Below, one piece after another: positions 32,341-42,085 of a DNA stretch of 64,000 nucleotides. Position 1 is the stretch's first letter; the number at the start of each line of letters is the position of its first letter. The DNA is from Hyphomicrobium sp. (GTDB lineage: Bacteria; Pseudomonadota; Alphaproteobacteria; Rhizobiales; Hyphomicrobiaceae). The notes beneath the pieces are model-generated. The model worked only from the letters and a program-made list of their open reading frames with translations, searched no databases and was not told where the DNA came from. The stretch is from the NCBI GenBank assembly GCA_031365865.1, contig JANLYX010000018.1, positions 6,859-70,858 on the forward strand, written 5' to 3'. A program made the translations under genes and the position numbers.

Positions 32341-33273
32341 TTAGGACGGCGGTTTCAAATGACTGTAAATGGCCGTCACGCCGTGCCGATCGTACCACGA
32401 CAGCATCCGGCGGATGGTCTCAGCGAATGAATATTGCGGACGCCAGCCAAATGCCGACATGGTCTTTGAGGGATCGAGAACGACCGCGGGGACATCGTCG
32501 GCGCCTGGTTCGACCTCAGGCACCGGCTCCTTCAATTCAATGTTCAGATGATCGACGACGATATCGAAGATCTCCTTTATTGAATGCCCTGTCCCTGTCG
32601 AAACGTTGAAAACGCCCGTTGGCGCCCCCTCTTTCATGGCCAAATCTAGAATCGAGAAAAAGTCATCCATATCGAGAAAGTCGCGAATGGTCTTGGAGCA
32701 GAAGCACGCCTTTCCGGCCTTAAGGCGGGTATAGAACGTCGGAATGGGTCCAATCGCCAAGCGCGGCCCGGTCACATTGGCGAGCCGCATCGACACGAAC
32801 GGCAGGCCCGACATGGCCAGATAGTTTTCTCCCGCCTGCTTGGATATTCCGTAACTCGTGAAAGGCCGCGCCGGAGCGTCGGCTGGAATTGGGATCGACT
32901 CAGGACGGCCATAACCAAGGGCGGTGTGAAAGTTGATGAAGCGCGCGACGTTTGCGGCCTTGGCGGCTTGTGCAACGTGGATGGTGCCCTCGACATTGGT
33001 GCGCGCATCCTCGAGCCAGTCGCCGGGGTCTTTGTAGGCGGCGGCCGAATGAATGACGTGGGTCGGCCGGAAATCCGCGAAGGCTTTGTCAACAAGAGCG
33101 CGATTGGTAATCGAGCCTTCGACAACGGTCATTTTCGGATGCGAACTTGGCAGCGAGCCGCGCAGGCCCGTTGTAAAGTTGTCGATGATGAAAACGTCCG
33201 TTCCCTTTTCGAGATAACGCTCTGTCAGGTTTGAGCCCAGGCAGCCCGCGCCGCCGGTCAAAAGAATGCGCAT
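32341..33273 (-). CDS. wbmG: extended SDR enzyme, Bordetella WbmG-like
   Basis: MRILLTGGAGCLGSNL, HSAAAYKDP, TSYGISK, RLANVTGPRLAIGPIPTFY, VVLDPSKT. Confidence 0.75.
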   Translation of the reverse strand: MRILLTGGAGCLGSNLTERYLEKGTDVFIIDNFTTGLRGSLPSSHPKMTVVEGSITNRALVDKAFADFRPTHVIHSAAAYKDPGDWLEDARTNVEGTIHVAQAAKAANVARFINFHTALGYGRPESIPIPADAPARPFTSYGISKQAGENYLAMSGLPFVSMRLANVTGPRLAIGPIPTFYTRLKAGKACFCSKTIRDFLDMDDFFSILDLAMKEGAPTGVFNVSTGTGHSIKEIFDIVVDHLNIELKEPVPEVEPGADDVPAVVLDPSKTMSAFGWRPQYSFAETIRRMLSWYDRHGVTAIYSHLKPPS

Positions 33274-33288
33274 GTTGTGGTTCCGCGT

Positions 33289-34236
33289 TTACGTGCGCAC
33301 GTCCGCACGCGCTTCTTTGAGATGGGTATAGCCGCCGACGACGCCTTCGCGAGCCCAACGATCAACCGACACCTGTGCAATGTCGTCGAGAGCCGTGAAT
33401 TTGAGGTCGCCGAAGTCGGCGAAGGTGCGTGATGGATCGAGCAGAATTGACTGCGCATCGTCGGGACCAAGCGGCTTGACTTCAGGTTCCGGGTAATCGT
33501 TGAGCTTCATGGCCTTGACGACAGCGTCGTACAATTCCTTGATGGCGACGTCCTTGCCTGACGAGAAGTGGTAGGTGCCTTGGCCCTTGCCATCAGCGGC
33601 TTTGACGACCACCTTGGCGAGATCGCCCGCATAACAAAAGTCACGGCGCGCGGTGGTGACGAAGCACTTCTGGCCCTTGGCGAGACGGCCGTAAAAGATC
33701 GGCAGCGGACCCGATACGTTGCGCTCGCCGATAACGTTTGCCAGGCGGAAGGTCACGAAATCGACGCCGGAAAACTGCACATAGTTCTCGCCCGCGGTCT
33801 TCGAAATGGCGTAGCTCGAGTTGACCGGATTAATCGGGTGATCGAGCGTGATAGGCTGTTGAATGGGCTTAGTGCCGTAGCAAAGGGCGGTCTGGAAATA
33901 GACCAGGCGTTTGACGGCGTGGTTTTTGGACGATCGCGCGATGTTGGCGGTGCCGGCCGCGTTGACGAGCGCGTCCGTTCCCCAATCCTCAGGGTCTTTG
34001 TAAGACGCGGCGGTGTGAACCACCACGTCGGGTTTGAATTCCGAAAACAGCTTTTCGACGAGCGGACCGTTGGTGATGGTATCTTCGATTTGCGTCAGAT
34101 TTGCCTGCGCGTGAAGATTGTCGCGCCGCCCGGTCGCAAAGTTATCGATCGACACGACGGTGTCGCCGCGTGCTAACAGCATATCCGCGACGGTCGATCC
34201 AACTTGGCCGTTGCCGCCCGTAATAAATACCTTCAT
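33289..34236 (-). CDS. wbmH: extended SDR enzyme, Bordetella WbmH-like
   Basis: HTAASYKDP, YFQTALCYG, NSSYAISK, RLANVIG.RNVSGPLPIF, SILLDPSRT, GGYTHLK. Confidence 0.75.
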   Translation of the reverse strand: MKVFITGGNGQVGSTVADMLLARGDTVVSIDNFATGRRDNLHAQANLTQIEDTITNGPLVEKLFSEFKPDVVVHTAASYKDPEDWGTDALVNAAGTANIARSSKNHAVKRLVYFQTALCYGTKPIQQPITLDHPINPVNSSYAISKTAGENYVQFSGVDFVTFRLANVIGERNVSGPLPIFYGRLAKGQKCFVTTARRDFCYAGDLAKVVVKAADGKGQGTYHFSSGKDVAIKELYDAVVKAMKLNDYPEPEVKPLGPDDAQSILLDPSRTFADFGDLKFTALDDIAQVSVDRWAREGVVGGYTHLKEARADVRT

Positions 34237-34275
34237 GGCTTCGTCTATCCTCTGAGTTGAATCGTGAATTTCGAT

Positions 34276-36213
34276 TTATTGCGCGGCCGCAGCCACCGGC
34301 GGCTCGTCGGCAAGCATGCGGCGGTAGCTGGCGGCGCGATCATGGAACAGCTGTTGCCAAAGCTCCAGGTTCAATAGTCCCCAGCCTTTGCGCGAGAAGC
34401 GCTCGCTCTTGTTAAAGTTCGCCAGGATAGCTTCGGAGTTGAAATACTCGCGATGGCGGCTCTTTTCGGAGAAGAAGATATCGCCGACCATATCCTTCAA
34501 TTCGCCGCTAAACCACTCCTGAAGCGGCACCGGGAAGCCCATCTTGTCGCGCCGCTGCAGAAGTTCGGCCGGCAAATGCTCGCCAAACGTCGACTTGATG
34601 AAATGCTTCATCTGCCCGCCTTTGAACTTGATGTCGGCGGGAATGGTCGCCGCAAATTCGATGACGGGGTGATCGAGCAGTGGCACGCGGCTTTCAAGGC
34701 CATGGGCCATCGACATTCTGTCTTCGACCTGCAGGAGAGCCGGCAACAGGCACTTGAAGTCGAAATGAGTCATGGAGTCGAAGTAAGCTTCCTTCTTGAC
34801 GTTGCGCTCGGAATTGAAGATCGCCCCGAAGCGGTCGACAACGCCGGCCCGGTCAAGCTGCCGCCAATCGACTTCATCGACCATGTCGGCCGAGCGGTCG
34901 ATGAGGCGGAAGTACCGTTCGTCGAGCGGACCAAATAGGCCTTTCGAGAACAACTGGCGAATGAGCGGCTTATATTCCTGCAGCATCGTCAGGTGCGGCA
35001 AAATCGATTCGGGCGTCACGACAAAGTTGCCGTTCTTATAGGTGCCGTCGATCGCCGCTTTGATGGATTGTTCGAGATAAGCGATCAAGTATCGGGCATA
35101 GCCGCCGAAGATTTCGTCTCCGCCCTGTCCGCCAAGAACCACCTTGACGCTTTTGGCGGCAAGCTCCGAGACCATGTATTGCGGGAAAGAGCCGGGCCCT
35201 GCGACCGGGTGATCGAGGTGATACACGACCTTCTCGATATTGTTGCGGAAGTCAGAGGCGGTCATGTCCGTCTGGTGCAATTCGATGCCGCCTTTGCGGC
35301 ACGCAGCTTCCGCGTATCCGCTTTCGTCGTAGCCGGGAAACTGCGTGAATTTTCCGTGAAAGCCGACGCGGCCCGAACTCTCTTTGCCGGCAGCCAAGAT
35401 GCCGATGAGACTGGAATCGATGCCGCCCGAAATATAGGCGCCAACGGGGACGTCCGAGCGCATGTGGACATTGATGGAATCGGCCAGCAACTCTTCCATG
35501 CGATTGCCAAACCACGCAGGCGTGTGGTCCCAATCGATTTCGTAATGGACGTCCCAGTAGCGGTGAACCTTGACGGTGCCGTTTTCGACGACGAGTGCAT
35601 GACCTGGCAACAAAACGTGGACATGTTTGAACAGGCTGCGTTCGCCGATGGTGTACTGGAACGTCAGATATTCAGCGAGTGCGTCGGGATCGGTGGCAAT
35701 TTCCGGCAGCACTGGCAGCAGCGCTTTGATCTCGGAGGCGAAGTAAAAAACGCCATCGACGACCGCATAATAGAACGGCTTGATTCCGAAGCGGTCGCGC
35801 GCGGCAAACAAGCGGTTGCCGTCCCAGATTGCAAAAGCAAACATGCCGCGCAACTTTGAAACGCAGTCTGCGCCCCACTTGCCGTAAGCGGCGAGAATTG
35901 TCTCGGTGTCGGACGACGAGCGGAAAGACCAGCCAGATTTCAACTCGTCCTTGAGTTCGAGGTAATTGTAGATTTCGCCGTTATACGTGATCACGGTATT
36001 GTTTGGAGCGGTCATCGGCTGGTGACCAGATGGCGATAGATCGATGATGGCGAGGCGCCGGTGCGCGAGCCCGCATGCCCGATGCTCGCAGGCCCAGATG
36101 CCGGAGCCGTCCGGGCCACGATGAGCGATCAAACGATTCATAACGCTGAGGCGTTGTTCTAGGCCCTGAACGGGCTGGCGATTGAGCGATACAACGCCGG
36201 CTATTCCGCACAT
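34276..36213 (-). CDS. asnB: AsnB-family glutamine amidotransferase (polysaccharide amidation, WbmI-like)
   Basis: MCGIAG, HRGPD, HRRLAIID, NGEIYN, SGGIDSS, GQGGDEIFGGY, DRMSMAHGLESRVP. Confidence 0.88.
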   Translation of the reverse strand: MCGIAGVVSLNRQPVQGLEQRLSVMNRLIAHRGPDGSGIWACEHRACGLAHRRLAIIDLSPSGHQPMTAPNNTVITYNGEIYNYLELKDELKSGWSFRSSSDTETILAAYGKWGADCVSKLRGMFAFAIWDGNRLFAARDRFGIKPFYYAVVDGVFYFASEIKALLPVLPEIATDPDALAEYLTFQYTIGERSLFKHVHVLLPGHALVVENGTVKVHRYWDVHYEIDWDHTPAWFGNRMEELLADSINVHMRSDVPVGAYISGGIDSSLIGILAAGKESSGRVGFHGKFTQFPGYDESGYAEAACRKGGIELHQTDMTASDFRNNIEKVVYHLDHPVAGPGSFPQYMVSELAAKSVKVVLGGQGGDEIFGGYARYLIAYLEQSIKAAIDGTYKNGNFVVTPESILPHLTMLQEYKPLIRQLFSKGLFGPLDERYFRLIDRSADMVDEVDWRQLDRAGVVDRFGAIFNSERNVKKEAYFDSMTHFDFKCLLPALLQVEDRMSMAHGLESRVPLLDHPVIEFAATIPADIKFKGGQMKHFIKSTFGEHLPAELLQRRDKMGFPVPLQEWFSGELKDMVGDIFFSEKSRHREYFNSEAILANFNKSERFSRKGWGLLNLELWQQLFHDRAASYRRMLADEPPVAAAAQ

Positions 36214-36490
36214 TTAGAAATACCCCAACTTACGGCAGGTCACACTTTCTGCCGCTGTCAAAAGGCCTGTACCCTGGTCGCGGAATAGCAGGTGATAATG
36301 CCCTTGTCAGCCCCAGAAGCGGTTTGGGCTCAGGATGTCCCACACCGCAACGCCGCACACGCCTGGGTTGGCGGTGAGGAACGTCGGCTAGCCTTTGATC
36401 TTGCACCGATTTCATGAGTGTTTATTGCCGGAAATCCGCGCCAGCAGACGACGCCGCAAAAGCCTCTCAAATCGGCAAATGAGCAAGGTT

Positions 36491-37615
36491 CTATCGGAAA
36501 TCCCGGTAGACGGCCAAAGTCTGATTGATGACGTGCCGCAACGACAGCGAGGTTTCGACGAGATTGCGGCCGGCAATGCCAAATTGCTGGCAGCGGGCGC
36601 GGTCTGCGAGGGCCTGTCGCAACGCCATTGCCAGGGCGGGTGCGTCGCGGGACGGGACCAGCCAGCCGTTGACGCCGTCGCGGACAACCTCGCGGCAGCC
36701 GGGAACATTGGTGGTGACGATGGGACGGCCGATGGCTGCGGCTTCAAGCAGGGCTTTGGGCAGACCTTCGCGGTACGACGGTAGGCAGACGATCGTTGCC
36801 GAGGCCAGTACGGCCGCCATGTCGTCGCGCCAGCCAAGGTATGTGACCAAACCTTCGCGGACCCAGCCCTCGATGTCAGCGTCGCTGATCGACGACGGAT
36901 TGAGCAGGTCCGGCGCGCCCGCTAAGACGAACTCTGCGTCGACACCGTCGCGTTTGAGCAGCCGCGCCGCTTCGACGAATTCGAGCACGCCTTTGTCCTT
37001 GAGCATGCGCGCGGGCAACACGACCTTGGGCCGTCCGGAGGCAAGTGGTTGCAGCGGGTAAGCCTCAAGATCAACACCCGAACCCCGGATCAACTCGATC
37101 TGATTCGCCGGCGCGAGCCGGCCGGAGATCAAAAGGCCCCGGTCGTCCTCGTTTTGCACGATGACGCGGCTGTTTGAGTGGCCGAGCGCGGACGCCAAGG
37201 CCCGGCGTACCAGCGGACGCAACACGCGTGCCTTGGGGCTTTCGGACGAAAACACAAAGCCCAGACCCATGATGGCATTGACGACGCATTTGACTTTGGT
37301 CACGCGGGCGGCAAGCGAACCATAGAGCACCGGTTTCATGGCGACGTGATGGACGATGTCGGGCCGGACTTTACGATAGATCGCAATGAGCTGAGCGAGG
37401 AAACGTGTTTCGCCGATCGGATTGAGCCCCGAACGATGGAATGAAATCGGAATAAGATTGAGCCCGGCGTCGCGGATTTCATCACCGTGTTTGTCGACGC
37501 GCGTCACGACGCTAACCTCATAGCCTTCGGCCTCAGCCGCTTTGGCCAGCGCTAAGCGATGCGACACGAAATACCAATCCTCGGTCACCAGGTAGAGAAG
37601 TTTTGGACGCGTCAT
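36491..37615 (-). CDS. GT4 glycosyltransferase
   Basis: LLYLVTEDWYFVSHR, GSGVD, RMLKDKG, PSYREGLPKALLEAAA; ATG overlaps the upstream asnB stop (ATGA). Confidence 0.88.
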   Translation of the reverse strand: MTRPKLLYLVTEDWYFVSHRLALAKAAEAEGYEVSVVTRVDKHGDEIRDAGLNLIPISFHRSGLNPIGETRFLAQLIAIYRKVRPDIVHHVAMKPVLYGSLAARVTKVKCVVNAIMGLGFVFSSESPKARVLRPLVRRALASALGHSNSRVIVQNEDDRGLLISGRLAPANQIELIRGSGVDLEAYPLQPLASGRPKVVLPARMLKDKGVLEFVEAARLLKRDGVDAEFVLAGAPDLLNPSSISDADIEGWVREGLVTYLGWRDDMAAVLASATIVCLPSYREGLPKALLEAAAIGRPIVTTNVPGCREVVRDGVNGWLVPSRDAPALAMALRQALADRARCQQFGIAGRNLVETSLSLRHVINQTLAVYRDFR

Positions 37616-39570
37616 CGCCGCCCTCCGGGCACGGTTTCGAGCCAGGCCTGGAACATCAGAACCACCCAGAGCGGGTAGTGCATACCGCGCACGCCGGAGA
37701 GATGATCCAGCCAAGCTTGGCGAACGGGAGCTGGCTTGAAGAACCCGTCTTCGCGCAAGCGCCGCTCGTCGAGCAGGGCTTCCGCCCAGTCGCGCAAAGG
37801 CCCGCGCAACCAACTGTCGAGAGGCACGCCAAAGCCCATCTTTGGCCGCTCGATCAGCGCACGTGGCACATAGCGTTGTAGGACGTGGCGCAACGGCCAT
37901 TTCGAGAGGCCGTCACGGCGCAGAAACGCCTCGGGCAGGCTAGCTGAAAATTCGATTAAGCGGTGATCGAGCATTGGCACGCGCGCTTCCAAGCTGACGG
38001 CCATGGCGGCGCGGTCGACCTTGGCGAGAATATCGCCCGGCAGATAACCGGTGAGATCGCGGGTCATCATGCGCCGCATCGGCGGCAGCGCTGCAATCTG
38101 GACGTCGCTTTCGATGGCAAGCGCGGGCTCACGGCCGGTTACGAGGATTTCTGAAGGGTCGGGCCAATGCGAGAGAAAGCGCCGGTAAATATCGTCGAGC
38201 GAGTCGCATCGCATCACGCTCGCTAGCTTATGAATATGATAGCCGGGGCGCTGCATTTGTTTACGGCGGGGAAGAAGTTTGAGCGCCGGCGTGGCGAGGC
38301 GATCCCATGTTTCAGGCGGCAGTGCGGTCATAGCGGCAACGGCAGCGCGCCGAACGACAGCCGGCATGGCGTTGATGCGCTTCCAGGCCGCACCCGCCAT
38401 TGCGTAGCGGTTATAGCCTGAAAATAATTCGTCGCCGCCATCGCCCGAGAGCGCCACAGTCACGTGCCGGCGCGCCAAGTCCGACACGAGCAAAGTCGGA
38501 ATTTGCGAGCTATCGGCGAACGGTTCGGAATAGATGCCAGCCAGACGCGGCACGGTTGCAAGGGCATCGGCATCGCTGACGTAAAGTTCGGTGTGATCGG
38601 TGCCAAGGTGACGCGCGACCGTTTTGGCATGCTCGGCCTCGTTATAGCCGGGTGTGTTGAAGCCGATCGAGAAGGTTTTGACCGGGCGGGTGCCGAGACT
38701 TTGCATCAAGGCGACGACGGTCGAGCTATCAATGCCGCCAGATAGAAAAGCGCCGAGCGGCACGTCGGCGAGCATTTGACCGGCGATGGATTGCTTCAGC
38801 AGTCTTTCAACTTCGTTGACAGCTTCATCCGGAGAGCCGGAGAACGGAGACTTCGCGCCGCGAGAGGCTACTTCCGGCGCGCTCCAGTAACGGGTGATGG
38901 CAATAGTCTCGCCGGCATCGTCGGCCTCGAGATAGCAGCCGGGTTCAAGTTTGCGGATGCCGGAGAAAATCGAATGCGGCGCGGGCACATGATTGTAGCG
39001 CAGCATCAGGGCGAGGGCGTCGCGGTCAATCTCGCACTGCCAGAGTGGGTGCCGCCACAGCGCCGCCAGTTCCGAGCCAAACAGGAAGACGCCGTTGTTC
39101 GATCCGAAGTAGAGCGGCTTTTCACCGATCCTATCGCGGGCGAGCGTCAGCCGCCGCTTATCGCGATCCCAGACGGCGAACGCAAACATGCCAACCGACA
39201 TTTCGAGCGCCGCCGCAATACCACGCTTTTCGATAGCCTCGAGAAAAACTTCGGTGTCGGAATGGCCGCGCCAGGCTGGAGAGTGCCCGGCATCTTCAAG
39301 TTTTCGGCGGATGTCGCGGTGATTGTAGATTTCGCCGTTGAAAGCGATGACGAAGCGTCCGCTTGCCGACACCATCGGCTGGTGGCCGGCGGGCGAGAGA
39401 TCGACAATGGACAGGCGGCGGTGGCCAAGTGCGAGGCCGGCATCTGGATCTGTCCAGGTGCCGCTGTCGTCGGGGCCGCGGTGAACGATAGCATCGGCCA
39501 TACGGCGGACCGTCGCTTCGTGCGTCGCGCTGGGCGCTGGCTTACCGATGAACCCTACAAATCCACACAT
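37612..39570 (-). CDS. asnB: second AsnB-family amidotransferase
   Basis: MCGFVG, HRGPD, DRIGEKPLY, SGGIDSS, SGDGGDELF.GY, KVDRAAMAVSLEARVP. Confidence 0.88.
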   Translation of the reverse strand: MCGFVGFIGKPAPSATHEATVRRMADAIVHRGPDDSGTWTDPDAGLALGHRRLSIVDLSPAGHQPMVSASGRFVIAFNGEIYNHRDIRRKLEDAGHSPAWRGHSDTEVFLEAIEKRGIAAALEMSVGMFAFAVWDRDKRRLTLARDRIGEKPLYFGSNNGVFLFGSELAALWRHPLWQCEIDRDALALMLRYNHVPAPHSIFSGIRKLEPGCYLEADDAGETIAITRYWSAPEVASRGAKSPFSGSPDEAVNEVERLLKQSIAGQMLADVPLGAFLSGGIDSSTVVALMQSLGTRPVKTFSIGFNTPGYNEAEHAKTVARHLGTDHTELYVSDADALATVPRLAGIYSEPFADSSQIPTLLVSDLARRHVTVALSGDGGDELFSGYNRYAMAGAAWKRINAMPAVVRRAAVAAMTALPPETWDRLATPALKLLPRRKQMQRPGYHIHKLASVMRCDSLDDIYRRFLSHWPDPSEILVTGREPALAIESDVQIAALPPMRRMMTRDLTGYLPGDILAKVDRAAMAVSLEARVPMLDHRLIEFSASLPEAFLRRDGLSKWPLRHVLQRYVPRALIERPKMGFGVPLDSWLRGPLRDWAEALLDERRLREDGFFKPAPVRQAWLDHLSGVRGMHYPLWVVLMFQAWLETVPGGRR

Positions 39571-39624
39571 GCCGGATCGGCCTCGTTTCTCGCGGGTTCC
39601 GTCATCGGATCGTCGCAGCCTCGA

Positions 39625-40911
<1,287 letters not shown>

Positions 40912-41072
40912 GGTCTTGCGATGCTCCCCAATATGGCTTCGGCAGGATCGTAAAATCCCTCGCGGGTAGCGGTACATGCCTAAGCTTTCGGGGTCAACTG
41001 CGCGGGCCATTTGCTTGTGCCAGCGGGGTTGATTTCCCCTGCGGTCTATCGACCGGGGGAGACGCTCAAGGC

Positions 41073-41918
41073 TTATCCAAGATGGGCGGCGGCGCGGACG
41101 ATAAACGGCGGATTGAGGAAGTTGGTGTCATGCTTGCCGTAGAGCAACGCGCCGCCGTCCAATATCGTGACGGTGCCGCCTGCGGCCGTGACGATGGCGT
41201 GGCCGGCGGCGGTATCCCATTCCTTGGTTGGCCCAAGGCGCGGATAGAGATCGGCCAAGCCTTCGGCGACGAGACAGAATTTCAACGACGAGCCGACGTT
41301 GCGCCGCTCTCCGATCGTGATATTGGAAAGCCAGTGTTCGAGTTCCGGTGATCCGTGCGACCGGCTCGCGACGATTGTTTGGGGTGCACGCGGATCGTGA
41401 CTGCGAACCGCCAAGCGCGTCAACATCAGGTGATCGAGATCGGGTGCGGGGTGATCAGGCGCGATGTTCGCGGTCACTGCGTGGGTGCGGCCGAGCGTGA
41501 TGTAGAGCTTCGACAAAGCCGGCGCATAAATAACGCCAAAGACGGGAACGCCGTTGTCGATCAAGCCAACGTTGATTGTGAATTCGCCGATGCCGTTGGT
41601 GAACTCGCGCGTGCCGTCGAGCGGATCGACGAGGAAAAACTGCGAGGCGGTTGTGGATGCCGCGCCGCCGGCGTGAGCTTCCTCGGCGACGACGGGAATG
41701 CCGGGTGCAATACGGCTAAGCGCTGCAAGCAGAATATCTTCCGAGAGCTGATCGGCAATTGTGACGGGCGAACCGTCGCTTTTACTTGCGACGGCACCGC
41801 CAGCCTTGAAGTGCCGCATGGTGACCCGGCCGGCAGCGATGACGGCGGGCAAAAGTTCGCGGGCGAGGTGGTCTTCATCATGAATTTTCAACACGGCGAT
41901 CCTGGACCTAGACGGCAT
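41073..41918 (-). CDS. cysQ: 3'(2'),5'-bisphosphate nucleotidase CysQ
   Basis: PVTIAD, LVDPLDGTREF, GSSLK, PRLGPTKEWDTAAG. Confidence 0.9.
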   Translation of the reverse strand: MPSRSRIAVLKIHDEDHLARELLPAVIAAGRVTMRHFKAGGAVASKSDGSPVTIADQLSEDILLAALSRIAPGIPVVAEEAHAGGAASTTASQFFLVDPLDGTREFTNGIGEFTINVGLIDNGVPVFGVIYAPALSKLYITLGRTHAVTANIAPDHPAPDLDHLMLTRLAVRSHDPRAPQTIVASRSHGSPELEHWLSNITIGERRNVGSSLKFCLVAEGLADLYPRLGPTKEWDTAAGHAIVTAAGGTVTILDGGALLYGKHDTNFLNPPFIVRAAAHLG

Positions 41919-42085
41919 CGGCGCCGCGCGCGTCGTTATTAACGGCAGAAAACGTTGGGCTTTCGACTACAGGGCCGGCACTTAACGGTCAATGCGCGCG
42001 CTCGCTGCGGGGAAGTTATCCCCGTCGGTTGTGGCCGGGTTATTATCAGCTTGGAGGACGCAAGACGACACAGGATTAACGTCGA

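Noticed and set aside
36214-36490. 277-nt gap between GT4 and asnB as an ncRNA or pseudogene
   Set aside because: No tRNA fold, repeat or recognisable protein remnant is visible; probably a promoter region.
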